A stretch of 64,000 bases of DNA from Pseudomonadota bacterium (GTDB lineage Bacteria > Bdellovibrionota_C > UBA2361 > OMII01): contig JAYPVM010000003.1 in the NCBI GenBank assembly GCA_038134595.1, forward strand, positions 74,131 to 138,130, read 5' to 3'. Position 1 is the stretch's first letter, and each line of letters begins with the position of its first letter. A model generated the notes under the pieces. It saw nothing but the letters and a program-made list of their open reading frames with translations. It did not search any database and was not told the origin of the DNA. Positions 18,027-27,893 of the stretch are shown piece by piece. Position numbers and translations under genes: made by a program.

Positions 18027-19514
18027 GTGCTCGTGCGACTGTTCTCAAGGATGCTTCTTATGGCGAGAGCCTCGGTACCAAGGATCTGTATCGTTGGAGA
18101 ATCTGAAGGAGTGGGCAAGTCTTTACTTGTTGCCGGACTCTTGCTTGCTCTTCGGAAGAGGGGGCTTAGCGTGTCGTGTGCAATATTGGGGACTGCTCTA
18201 CAGCAGGCGGCTGTTTATAGTCACTTGATTAGAAGGTATGTTCGATGTCTAGACGTTGAAATGATTGGATATCAAGGAGTGCTTGATGCGGTGGGTCAGA
18301 TAAGTTCTGGTTCAGATATTGTCATTCTCGATGGCTCGAAAGGAATTTTTGATGGAGGGGGCCAAGATCATACCGTTCCAACCACTGATCTTCTTTGCAT
18401 TCAAAAGGATGAGTTTCCGGCGATTCTTGTGTTTAATGTTGATTACCTGACCCCGTCTATCTTGGCGCGAGTGTACGGATTTGCATCTTTCCCCGATGGC
18501 CCTCCTTTTGATGCTATTTTGTTCAATAGGCTTAGGAGTGTTCCAGATCTCAGTATGCAGAAGAGATTTCAACAGCTGCTTTATGACACGGGGGCACCAG
18601 AGTGTGTGGGTTACGTGCCTAACGTTACTCTTTCTGGCGAATTTCCTCGGAGTGACGATTGCCAAGGTGTTAATCGAGTCGCTGTGCCGATCCAGTTTTT
18701 AAGTATGGTTTCGCAAGCAGTCGAGTCATTTCTCGATATTGATAAGATTCTTGAGTGTGCGGCCGCGGCAAAGGATTTTGAGTTTCAACCGATTGATCCT
18801 CTTGTTAAGAGGGGGAGAGCTCGACTCGCGGTTGCTCATGATGGGTGTTTTAGCGTGAGCTTTCAAGATAATCTCGATCTTCTACGTCTAGCGGGTGCCG
18901 AAATCGTATCGTTTTCTCCTTTGGCAGACAGTAGCATTCCGACTGGAGTTGGCGGGGTATATCTGCCCGGTGGTTGTATTGCGGGATACGCGGAGATACT
19001 AGAACGTAATACTGATCTCGCTGACTCTCTCAGAAGCTTTGTCGGTGATGGTGGGGTTCTATTCTCCGAAGGAGCGGGAACAGCCCTACTTGCTAGGACT
19101 TTTCGCCCTGAGGGTAGTGACAGAGCCTATAAAGGATTTGGCATTTTACCAATCGATGTCGTTCAAGATTTGCCGAGTTTCTCCTTCGTACAGTTCTGTG
19201 TGACTCAGTCTTGTATTCTCGGTGATGAGGGGATGGAGTTCAATGCTCTGGCTCCATCGGATTGGAAACTTATTCCAAACTCCGCCAATGAACTGAAAGC
19301 AGAATACGTACTAGGGTGGAAAACTCATACGGGATTCGCGGGGCGTGAAGGATTGTCTGTAACAGGTCAATCCTGTTCAACGTTTAATTTTATTCATTTT
19401 GGGTCAAATCCTTTCATTGTAAAAAATCTACTTTCGGCGATTACTACCCATCAGGAGTCTGTGCAAAAGCGTTCGAAATCCTCTGGAGAGTCTCTAGCCG
19501 CTCATAAACATTAG
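18027..19514 (+). CDS. Cobyrinate a,c-diamide synthase (CbiA/CobB)-like protein, degenerate
   Basis: GESEGVGKS P-loop, DGSKGIFDG, DNLDLLRLAGAEIVSFSPLAD and YLPGG are present. The glutaminase AECGG motif reads SEGAG. Confidence 0.75.
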   Translation: MLVRLFSRMLLMARASVPRICIVGESEGVGKSLLVAGLLLALRKRGLSVSCAILGTALQQAAVYSHLIRRYVRCLDVEMIGYQGVLDAVGQISSGSDIVILDGSKGIFDGGGQDHTVPTTDLLCIQKDEFPAILVFNVDYLTPSILARVYGFASFPDGPPFDAILFNRLRSVPDLSMQKRFQQLLYDTGAPECVGYVPNVTLSGEFPRSDDCQGVNRVAVPIQFLSMVSQAVESFLDIDKILECAAAAKDFEFQPIDPLVKRGRARLAVAHDGCFSVSFQDNLDLLRLAGAEIVSFSPLADSSIPTGVGGVYLPGGCIAGYAEILERNTDLADSLRSFVGDGGVLFSEGAGTALLARTFRPEGSDRAYKGFGILPIDVVQDLPSFSFVQFCVTQSCILGDEGMEFNALAPSDWKLIPNSANELKAEYVLGWKTHTGFAGREGLSVTGQSCSTFNFIHFGSNPFIVKNLLSAITTHQESVQKRSKSSGESLAAHKH

Positions 19515-19904
19515 GACGTAACCCTTTTAGGTATTTTTCCGGTTAGCGAGCGTAGTGCGGAGGTGTTCCAAATGGCATGCAAAGGTTTGTTCTTGCATGG
19601 GATATCGTTAAACTGTTAGTACAGTATCCTTTATTGTATTTGTTTCTAATTCAGGTTTTATGCTGAGAGTTGCTTCTTTTACCAAAAAGAGGATACTGAC
19701 CAGGATTTATGGATATTGGCTAACGGTTACTATTTGCGAAAGAGGTAACTGTTCGAACTGGCTAGGTCCTTTCGAAAAAGGAGCCCGTGAGCGGTCCCCA
19801 AGTCGCTGCTACACTGTTGTAGGTAGGTGACGTAAGATTTTTATTGCACCGCGACGGATTAGACCGATGCCTAAAAAAGGATTGATAAGAGAAGATATAC
19901 ATAC

Positions 19905-21590
19905 GTGGCTGAAGAACTTTTTGGAAATACTCGCGGACTTTCAACCGTCGATAAAAGAGCGATTCAGAGATTGTTTGAACGTTCAGTTGATGCTCGGGAA
20001 ATCGTTTCGCTCGATCTGGCTCGAGAAATGGTTGCGCTTGCGGAGAAGGTGCGCAGGCGATTAGGAGTCTTGATAAATCGACAGGGTCGAATAGAGGCTG
20101 TGATGGTAGGGACCAAGGAGATTCTGTACCTTCCGGACCTTGGTCGGTATCGTTTGAGCCGTTCGCGCCTTCGAAATCTTCGATTTGTTTTCACCGATCT
20201 CTCGAAGCACCATTCGGAGGCGTATATTCCTTATGACATATTCGCCGATCTTGAGCGTCTTCGATTTGATATGGTGGTAAGTTTACGAGATGCCCCGAAT
20301 CGCATCTCAATGTCCTATGCCTATCTTGTTCCCGAAAAGGGCTTGGATACGGCACATTCTCAAACACAAGCAATTAAGGATCTCGGTGCGTATAAGGTCG
20401 ATTTTCTTGAACAGATTGACGCCATCGAACAAAGCCTTGCATCAGAGGTTGTTGTTTTAGACAGTGATGCGGTTGGCGCAGTGTTAGTGGGAGTATACGA
20501 ACCTGGCCGGGGAGATTATGAGGCTTCCCTAGCGGAATTGCGCGAATTAGCTCGAACTGCGGGTATTACAATTCTGGACGAGGTAGTTCAGAAACGGCGG
20601 ATTGATCCGAAGACCTTTATCGGTCGGGGTAAACTAGAAGAGATTGTTCTCCGGTGCCTTCGCATTGGAGGTGAGATGCTTATCTTCGACTCAGAGTTAA
20701 AGCCTTCGCAGTGGAGATCGATTATCAATTCGACTGAGTTGAAGGTGCTCGACCGTAGCATGCTTATTCTTGATATCTTCGCACAACGTGCTCGAAGTAG
20801 TGATGGCCGATTGCAAGTTGAGCTTGCGCAGTTAAAGTACAATTTGCCGAGGCTTGTGGAGAAGGATGGTGGGCTCTCCAGATTGTCGGGAGGTATTGGG
20901 GGACGAGGTCCGGGAGAGACGAAGCTAGAAGTAAGTAGGCGTCGCGTTAGAGATAGGATTACCGATTTGGAAAAGCGCCTGGGAAAAGTGCGTCAGTCTA
21001 GAGATTTTAGAAGGTCTCGGCGAAGGCAGAATCAGGTGCAGCTGATTTCGGTAGTAGGCTATACAAATGTTGGAAAGTCGACTCTGTTTAATGCTCTAAC
21101 GAAGGGTAGTGTTCTGGCCGAGGATAAATTGTTCGCCACGTTAGATCCGAGCCAGCGAAAGCTTTACGTCCCAGCTTGTAGTGTGCCAGATGATGAACAA
21201 TCTCCGTTGACTTTTGGAAGGACCGTGGTGCTAAGTGATACGGTAGGGTTTATCCGGTCTTTGCCGGTTGAGTTGGAGACGGCATTTAGAGCTACCTTAG
21301 AAGAGCTCTACGACGCAACTCTTTTGTTGCATGTTGTTGATGCATCAGACCCAGACACGGTAGAGAAGTATCGTGCAGTAAGGAGGATTTTAGATAGTAT
21401 GGATTTAGGCGATATCCCCGAATTGGTGGTTGCAAACAAGGTAGATCGATTGGAGCGCCCTGATGACTATTCGGGAGCTTTAGGAGTTCGAGCGATTGCT
21501 ATTTCTGCTCTGAAAAAAGATGGCTTTGAAGATCTATTGGCTGCGATCGATGAAAAGCTCCCTCTAGCATATCAAGCTAGTAATCTCTAG
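19905..21590 (+). CDS. hflX: GTPase HflX, long form with N-terminal extension
   Basis: LILDIFAQRA, QVELAQLKY, RGPGETKLE, VGYTNVGKS, LFATLDP, DTVGFI and NKVD. Confidence 0.95.
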   Translation: MAEELFGNTRGLSTVDKRAIQRLFERSVDAREIVSLDLAREMVALAEKVRRRLGVLINRQGRIEAVMVGTKEILYLPDLGRYRLSRSRLRNLRFVFTDLSKHHSEAYIPYDIFADLERLRFDMVVSLRDAPNRISMSYAYLVPEKGLDTAHSQTQAIKDLGAYKVDFLEQIDAIEQSLASEVVVLDSDAVGAVLVGVYEPGRGDYEASLAELRELARTAGITILDEVVQKRRIDPKTFIGRGKLEEIVLRCLRIGGEMLIFDSELKPSQWRSIINSTELKVLDRSMLILDIFAQRARSSDGRLQVELAQLKYNLPRLVEKDGGLSRLSGGIGGRGPGETKLEVSRRRVRDRITDLEKRLGKVRQSRDFRRSRRRQNQVQLISVVGYTNVGKSTLFNALTKGSVLAEDKLFATLDPSQRKLYVPACSVPDDEQSPLTFGRTVVLSDTVGFIRSLPVELETAFRATLEELYDATLLLHVVDASDPDTVEKYRAVRRILDSMDLGDIPELVVANKVDRLERPDDYSGALGVRAIAISALKKDGFEDLLAAIDEKLPLAYQASNL

Positions 21591-21677
21591 TTTGCTGGTG
21601 GCAGTGTTACTGACACTCGGTAAATCGAAAAATAGCTACATGAGTAACTGTCAGGCGCAGCACGTAGTTGTAATGCT

Positions 21678-22463
21678 CTAAGAGAAATCAAGCTGCATTC
21701 CATCGTATCCGAGAAAAACTCCAGGTGGAAGCCTCTTGCTTTCAGTGTCGTGGTCGAGATCGTGACCGATATGAGTTAAGACAGTTTTCTTAGCTCCCAA
21801 CGTTTGGGCTATTTCAATCGCTTCGGCAACAGTGTTGTGCGTATTGTGTGGCTCATGACGGAGTCCGTCGATAACAAGAGTGTCGATGCCAGTGAGTAGC
21901 TCTTTAGAACGTTTCGTTAAACCCTTGCAGTCTGTCGCATATCCCAGAGACCCGATTCGAAATCCTGTTACCGTGATGTGGCCGTGAGGTAGGGGAAAGG
22001 GCTCGATCGTAGTGTTGAAAAGCGAGAAAGAACGATCATTTGATATTGGAATAAACTCTAGTTGAGCCAAGAATCCACCCATGTAGTCGGCATGAGGAGT
22101 AACAAGATAGGGAAATGCTGACTTTATTCCGTCGATGGTTGCCGCGCTACCGAAACAGGGTATCGCACCACTATTAGAGAAATTGAATACTCGCAAGTCA
22201 TCGGTGCCGTAAATATGATCGGCGTGACTGTGTGTGTATAGGACGGCATCGACTTTATCTACAGCGTGATTTAAACATTGATGGCGAAGGTCTGGTCCTG
22301 CATCAATAAGAATAGCAGGGCCACTAGCTAAGCGAATAAGAGCTGAGGACCTGTTGCGAAAATTCTTTGGATCGTTAGAAGTGCATACCGAGCATCGGCA
22401 TCCTGGAATGGGGACCCCGGTTGATGTGCCTGTGCCGAGCAAAATACATGAGTGTTCTGACAT
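21678..22463 (-). CDS. MBL-fold metallohydrolase, PhnP/YcfH-associated type
   Basis: LGTGTSTGVP.PGC.C.VC and THSHADHIYGTDDLR. Confidence 0.9.
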   Translation of the reverse strand: MSEHSCILLGTGTSTGVPIPGCRCSVCTSNDPKNFRNRSSALIRLASGPAILIDAGPDLRHQCLNHAVDKVDAVLYTHSHADHIYGTDDLRVFNFSNSGAIPCFGSAATIDGIKSAFPYLVTPHADYMGGFLAQLEFIPISNDRSFSLFNTTIEPFPLPHGHITVTGFRIGSLGYATDCKGLTKRSKELLTGIDTLVIDGLRHEPHNTHNTVAEAIEIAQTLGAKKTVLTHIGHDLDHDTESKRLPPGVFLGYDGMQLDFS

Positions 22464-22930
22464 TATGCGTTTTTTTTCTTGGCGTTAATGTATGACATTC
22501 GGAGAGAATGAAGCACCTCCTCCAAGAATCGCACCTCTTCTGAACTCAGATTGCCACGAGTACGAGTTTGAAGCATCGTTAAAATATCTATGGTTTGTCG
22601 AGCGGAATCGAGATCGCGCGGTATTTCCATGCCCGTTGGAGGGGGCATTTCTCCTAGTTGTACTAACACTTGGGTAGCGAGCGACATCACAAATGACGTA
22701 AAAGCTACAGGCTCATCCTGCTGGTCTGAGCTCTCTGTCATGGTAAAGCCTTGCTCTGTGGGCGTTTGTGGATTTGTTTTTTCGCGATCGGAATCTAGAG
22801 GTTTGTTTTCACTGCGAGACGGTTCTTTATCTGCCTCCTCACGTAAACTTCTTTCCTCTCCTGCGGAGTCAAATCTTCGCTTGTCTACAATTTGAAATCC
22901 CTTTTTTTCTTGTTGTGATTCCTCTGCCAT
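22463..22930 (-). CDS. DUF1844 family protein
   Basis: GFQIVDKRRF, FTSFVMSLATQ..V.LG and ARQTIDIL.ML..RTRGNL...E...L...LHSLRM.Y. Confidence 0.85.
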   Translation of the reverse strand: MAEESQQEKKGFQIVDKRRFDSAGEERSLREEADKEPSRSENKPLDSDREKTNPQTPTEQGFTMTESSDQQDEPVAFTSFVMSLATQVLVQLGEMPPPTGMEIPRDLDSARQTIDILTMLQTRTRGNLSSEEVRFLEEVLHSLRMSYINAKKKNA

Positions 22931-23183
22931 ATGGAGCTCCTACGTTTCTTTTCGAACAAAGTCTATCATCATCGTAGGTTAGGAAAAACTGTCTATCCTT
23001 TGTGTTGTTAAAAAACTGCCAACTGAGGGCGGCGGAGCTGCTTGAACCAAGCGGGGCGGACATATCAAAATTCTGACAGGGTGTCACAACATTGAACACT
23101 TCTAGAGAAAACCTCTAGCCGTTAACGCCCTGAATATATTACTTGCAACTTTTTTTTGGGATCCTGCATCGCGGTTTTAGCGG

Positions 23184-23199
23184 TGGCAAGGTTTTCGCA
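23184..23199 (+). promoter_or_regulatory. Possible sigma-54 (-24/-12) promoter
   Basis: TGGCAAGGTTTTCGCA has GG-N10-GC spacing and is close to TGGCACG-N4-TTGCW; it lies about 150 bp upstream of the ECF sigma gene. Confidence 0.3.
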
Positions 23200-23345
23200 T
23201 GGAACAAAGGAAACTCGCGGCTTCGACGACACGCTCTTTGCAGCAGAATACACCGGTGAGAAACATCCCCGGAAGAAGATAAGTGCTTGATGTGTGGTGC
23301 CGAAGACTGAGGTCTTGCTAAGGAAGGTTTTTGATAGAGGTGCAT

Positions 23346-23978
23346 ATGGCGGTCAAAAAGAGTGATTTAGATCTGGTTAAAGAGGTTCGCAAGGGTAATC
23401 AAGATAGCTTCGAGGAGCTCCTGGGACGGTACAATACCAAAGTATACAGTTTAGCTACACGCTTGACACGAAACCCGGAGGATGCAGAAGAGGTCTTGCA
23501 AGATGTATTTATAACGGTACATCGAAAAATTGACAGTTTTGAGGGAAAATCTTCGTTCTCAAGTTGGTTGTATCGGGTGACCGCCAATGCAGCGTTTATG
23601 AAATTACGAAAGCGAAGACAGCATCAAAGTGTCTCCCTTGAGGATCTTCTCGGACAACCCCAAATCGTTAGTGCTCTCAGAACATCTGAGAACACATATG
23701 TAGATGCCCAGAGTATTCGCAATGAAATGCTGACAGCGCTCGAGCTCGCCATTAGTAAGCTTCCTGATGAATATCGACCGGTTTTCATATTGCGTGATGT
23801 CGATGGATTAACAAGCAAGGAGGTGGGAAAGATTTTGGACTTAACGGTTCCAGCAGTTAAGTCAAGATTACACCGTTCTCGATTGATGCTCCGTCGTCGC
23901 CTGGCTCGGTTTATTGACGATCAGCGGGTTCAAAATGCACATGACGCACTGGACCTTGACCTAATATCAGGGGAGTAG
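23346..23978 (+). CDS. RNA polymerase sigma-70 factor, ECF subfamily
   Basis: DAEEVLQDVF, SSFSSWLYRV and the region 4 motif LPDEYRPVFILRDVDGL...VKSRLHRSR. GAGG RBS. Confidence 0.93.
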   Translation: MAVKKSDLDLVKEVRKGNQDSFEELLGRYNTKVYSLATRLTRNPEDAEEVLQDVFITVHRKIDSFEGKSSFSSWLYRVTANAAFMKLRKRRQHQSVSLEDLLGQPQIVSALRTSENTYVDAQSIRNEMLTALELAISKLPDEYRPVFILRDVDGLTSKEVGKILDLTVPAVKSRLHRSRLMLRRRLARFIDDQRVQNAHDALDLDLISGE

Positions 23979-24422
23979 GTTTGGCGCGAAGGTTAGGTGT
24001 GACCATGGTCGAAGATAGAGATTGAATCAGGCCAAGTATTTTCTCATGGTTGGCAATTGTAAGACTCCGCGAAGAGCAGATGGCGCTTGTAATATCTCAT
24101 GGCGTCACGCTTCTCGAACAGGAATAATCAGATTGTAGCAAACCGTTAAAGAACCCAGAGAAGTGGGATCCTAGTTGTCGCTTTTCATAAAATCAGATCT
24201 TTGGATTTCTGCCGCTATAGAAGGTAGATAGTGTAAAGATTGTATTTGCACGTGAGTTAGAGTGCGCACTGTGGGGTCTTTTGTTCGCGTCTAGCCGGTT
24301 TTCTTACAAGCCCCCGGACTTTTAGCGTTTTATCGACTTCTTGGCAGAGGTTTTCCTCTCTGGGTTACGAATTTTATACCAGCCTCTTTTCGTAGATAAC
24401 TCCTCGGTGTAGGGTTGGTGCC

Positions 24423-25361
24423 ATGGAAGATCGCTGCAGAATATTGGATCAGGTATCGGTAAGGGGTATTCGCCGATGGAGATTTGTGCCCCCGTGTATT
24501 GGTATATTGTGTAGCATCTGGATAGGGATTACCGGATGTCAAAGCCCAAAACCTAGTTATCCCCCCATTCACGATTTAAACTCGCAATCGCAGTTGCAGC
24601 GGGGGCGAGACCTTGTTGAAGGGTTTGCTGCATGTGGATTTTGCCATTCTGTAGATGGACAGCCCCAACGGCCGCTGAGCGGTGGACGTGTATTTCGAGA
24701 TGCTTACGGTACAATTCAACCTGGAAATATTACTATAGATAAGGGTGGCATTGGGGAGTGGGGGTTGCGGTCAGTCAGAGATGTTTTTCGCGAGGCAAAA
24801 AGACCAGATGGTTCAACACTTGCCCCTCATGCTCACAAAGGATTTGAATGGATGTCGGATCGGGATGTTGATGGTATCACGGCGTATTTGAGACACCTGC
24901 CGGGAGAGAAATCCAATGTCTCTCGGCGGACCATATCTTTTTGGAATCGAAATATACGGGGTTTTTGGGAGACATTAGGTGAGGTAAAAGGCTACATTCC
25001 CGCAACTTCTCAACAACATAATGTGGAATATGGCAGGTACCTAGTTGATAACGTGGCTCGATGTGGCGCGTGTCACAATAGGCCTAGCGGTCTTTTTTCA
25101 TCTGAAAAATACTTAGAGGGAGGAAAAGAGATCTCTATTAATGGTGACTTTCGTTTTGCGCCGAACATTTCGCAGTCTACAACTGGTGGAATCGGGGCAT
25201 GGACAGAGCAGGAGATGTATAGATTTCTCAAAACTGGACAGACTCCAGAGGGACAAGATGTTAGCTCTAAGTATTGTCCGGTCTCATTTTACGCGCAGGC
25301 TCCAGAGGATGATATCCAGGCGGTTGTGTCCTATTTGCGGACTGTCAAGGGAGACAGCTGA
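24423..25361 (+). CDS. Diheme cytochrome c lipoprotein (sugar/alcohol dehydrogenase cytochrome-subunit-like fold)
   Basis: CGFCH and CGACH, repeated (P/G)NI(T/S)...GIG.W and AYLR motifs, lipobox ITGC. Start uncertain. Confidence 0.85.
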   Translation: MEDRCRILDQVSVRGIRRWRFVPPCIGILCSIWIGITGCQSPKPSYPPIHDLNSQSQLQRGRDLVEGFAACGFCHSVDGQPQRPLSGGRVFRDAYGTIQPGNITIDKGGIGEWGLRSVRDVFREAKRPDGSTLAPHAHKGFEWMSDRDVDGITAYLRHLPGEKSNVSRRTISFWNRNIRGFWETLGEVKGYIPATSQQHNVEYGRYLVDNVARCGACHNRPSGLFSSEKYLEGGKEISINGDFRFAPNISQSTTGGIGAWTEQEMYRFLKTGQTPEGQDVSSKYCPVSFYAQAPEDDIQAVVSYLRTVKGDS

Positions 25362-25367
25362 CGAGGT

Positions 25368-26393
25368 ATGCTTGTTCTTGGAATTGAATCGAGTTGTGAC
25401 GAAACGGGCTTGGCTCTTTTAAGAGTTGAAGTAGACAGTGCCCCGATATTAGTGGGAGAGGTGTTGTCGTCGCAGGTAGCGCTGCATGAGAAGTATGGAG
25501 GAGTCGTCCCGGAATTAGCATCACGGGAGCATTTAAAAAACCTTCCGATTTTATTTGAAGAACTATTGGATAGAACCAATTGTGCTATTGAAGATATTGA
25601 TGTCATCGGTGTGACGTGTGGCCCTGGTTTAAAGGGTTGTCTGTTGGTCGGTGTTACGTTTGCCCAGGGTCTATCAAGTTCGAGTGGTATTCCAATAGTA
25701 GCCGTCAATCATATTGAGGGGCACATCCTCAGTGCTCAGATGCATTATCCGGACCTTCGGCCACCCTACTTGGCACTGGTGGTTTCAGGAGGGCACACTG
25801 AAATTATTTTGGTTGAGGCCATTGGGCAGTATCGTTGCATCTGTCGAACTCAAGATGATGCTGCTGGAGAGGCGTTTGATAAATCGGCCAATCTGATGGG
25901 ATTGGGATATCCAGGTGGGGTTGATCTAGCAAACTTAGCAGATGCATTTTTAGGCAAGTCTCGTTTTACGCTTCCGCGTGTTGCCCGAGAGATTGAATCG
26001 TTTAGCTTTTCTGGTCTCAAAACAGCGATAGCTTCATTGGTTAGGAAGGAAGTTATAGCATTACAAGATCATAATGAGAGAGCCGAAATTGCATGGACTA
26101 TTCAGGATTCGATTGTTGATGCATTGCTTTACAAAACAAGGAAAGCACTCGATTTGTATGATGTCCCTCTAGTTATCTGTGGTGGTGTGTCAGCTAACCA
26201 AGAGCTTCAGCGACGGTTGCGGCAACTTTGTGCTAATGTATTTGTCCCACCGTTAAAGCACTGTGTTGATAATGGTGCAATGATTGCCTATGCGGCCGCG
26301 TGTCATATTATAGAAGGACATAGTTACGGGCATCTTGATATCCATAGTCGATGGCCAGTAGAGATGTTGAAAGATTTTTATGGTTTGAGTTGA
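25368..26393 (+). CDS. tsaD: tRNA N6-adenosine threonylcarbamoyltransferase
   Basis: LGIESSCDET, GGVVPELASREH, NHIEGH, VSGGHT, DDAAGEAFDK and DNGAMIA. Confidence 0.96.
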   Translation: MLVLGIESSCDETGLALLRVEVDSAPILVGEVLSSQVALHEKYGGVVPELASREHLKNLPILFEELLDRTNCAIEDIDVIGVTCGPGLKGCLLVGVTFAQGLSSSSGIPIVAVNHIEGHILSAQMHYPDLRPPYLALVVSGGHTEIILVEAIGQYRCICRTQDDAAGEAFDKSANLMGLGYPGGVDLANLADAFLGKSRFTLPRVAREIESFSFSGLKTAIASLVRKEVIALQDHNERAEIAWTIQDSIVDALLYKTRKALDLYDVPLVICGGVSANQELQRRLRQLCANVFVPPLKHCVDNGAMIAYAAACHIIEGHSYGHLDIHSRWPVEMLKDFYGLS

Positions 26394-26396
26394 GTA

Positions 26397-27233
26397 ATGC
26401 ATAAACGACGAAAGGTTCCTGGAAGTACAAAACGGACATTAACTTCGTTGGGGGTGCGCCCCTCAAAGGAAAGAGGACAGAACTTTCTGATACGCCCCGA
26501 ATATATTGAGGCGATCGTAGGTTTTGGAGAGATGCCGGAGAATTGTCAGGTCGTTGAGATAGGTCCGGGTACCGGTGCTTTGACAGAAAAGCTTTATGGA
26601 ACAGGGAATCTTTCGGTTGTTGAAATAGAAAGTAAGTTTTGTGAGATGCTGAAGGATAAGTTTCCTGGGATCCGTGTTTTTAACGAGGATGCCAGAGGGT
26701 TTGACTTTTCTAGCATCGGGAAGAATCTTTTTGTATTTGGAAATATACCGTATGTATTTTCGACAGAGATTATTTTTCAGTTAGTGAAACATCGGACCTC
26801 AATCTCGCACGTGGTCTTAATGGTGCAGAAAGAATTTGCACAAAGAATAGCGGCGCAGCCGGGTGGGCGGCAGTATGGTAGTCTTTCGGTGGCGGTTCAA
26901 ATGTATGCTGATGTGTCGTTGGGGCCTATCGTTCCAGGGACCGCATTTCATCCTCCTACGGCCGTGGAGTCTCAGGTGATAAAGCTGTCATTCCTGTCTG
27001 AGCCACGCGTTGCCATATCGGATGAGGTTAGTTTTGAGGTGCTCGTAAGAGCGGCCTTTGCACAGAGGCGCAAAAAAGTAATTAACAGTCTTCTTTCGAA
27101 AGGAATCTGGAGTCGAGAAGAAATTCAGGAGGCGTTTGACCGTGTTCTAGTGAGTACAGATCTTCGAGCCGAGCGGATAACAATCGAGGAGTTTGCGCAG
27201 TTGTCGGAGCATCTTAAGAAAAGCATGAAATAG
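26397..27233 (+). CDS. rsmA: 16S rRNA m6,2A1518/1519 dimethyltransferase
   Basis: GQNFL, VEIGPGTGALT, GNIPY, MVQKE and FAQRRK. Confidence 0.95.
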   Translation: MHKRRKVPGSTKRTLTSLGVRPSKERGQNFLIRPEYIEAIVGFGEMPENCQVVEIGPGTGALTEKLYGTGNLSVVEIESKFCEMLKDKFPGIRVFNEDARGFDFSSIGKNLFVFGNIPYVFSTEIIFQLVKHRTSISHVVLMVQKEFAQRIAAQPGGRQYGSLSVAVQMYADVSLGPIVPGTAFHPPTAVESQVIKLSFLSEPRVAISDEVSFEVLVRAAFAQRRKKVINSLLSKGIWSREEIQEAFDRVLVSTDLRAERITIEEFAQLSEHLKKSMK

Positions 27234-27273
27234 CTTAGTGCTATGTTGGTGCCCGTTTTTTGATATCGCATTC

Positions 27274-27306
27274 ATCGCAGGCTTCGGAAGCGCCGTAGCC
27301 TGCGAT
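27274..27306. terminator. Hairpin between convergent genes (probable terminator)
   Basis: ATCGCAGGCT/AGCCTGCGAT 10-bp stem plus an inner CGG/CCG; no long U-tract. Confidence 0.55.
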
Positions 27307-27332
27307 AAACTAACGGTACGAATAAAACGCCT

Positions 27333-27581
27333 TTAGCTTGCTAAAAGCACTTCATTTACCGTATCCGCATTTGATGATTTTTTTGCCTTTTTAAAGAAAT
27401 CCTCAGGAATCTCCCCGATTAGCTTCTCTATTGATTCTCGCTTGACGCGCCAATCAGAGCCTAGTTTAAAGCCATCGATAGTGCCGGCCTTGATAAGATC
27501 GTAGACCTTTGGTCTGTGTATGCGAAGCAGGGTGGCTACCTCTTTTACTGTAAGCAATAGTGGGTCTTGTGTTTTAGTCAT
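27333..27581 (-). CDS. Small excisionase-family (HTH_17) DNA-binding protein
   Basis: LLTVKEVATLLRI....VYDLIKAG.I.GFKLGSDWRV. Confidence 0.85.
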   Translation of the reverse strand: MTKTQDPLLLTVKEVATLLRIHRPKVYDLIKAGTIDGFKLGSDWRVKRESIEKLIGEIPEDFFKKAKKSSNADTVNEVLLAS

Positions 27582-27893
27582 GGTGTTAATCCTTACCGTT
27601 TTTATCTACATTTCGAGGAGGTCATAGTGTAGCGACGCCCGCTTGAGAGTCGCCTTATAGTCCTACTCAGTACGTGAATGGGTATGCTGTGTGTTTCAGA
27701 TGGTGTGACTTTATTCGGGCAGAACTAGTAAATTTGGGGATATTTAGGTTGTTTTTGGTTTGTTGGTGCTATTAGCGGGTGTGGTTTATAGCTTAGTGAT
27801 TTCAATAGATTGCTGTTTTCGCTTGCCGATGGTAAGCTCTCGGGTCGTGTGCAAGCATTTAAAAATATTACACTTGTTTGGTGGGCTTAAACT

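Noticed and set aside
19905..21590. HflX N-terminal extension as a novel fusion
   Set aside because: Long HflX forms with this kind of extension are already known.
27333..27581. Excisionase-like gene as a prophage or ICE marker
   Set aside because: No integrase, att repeats or phage genes nearby; standalone HTH_17 proteins are common.
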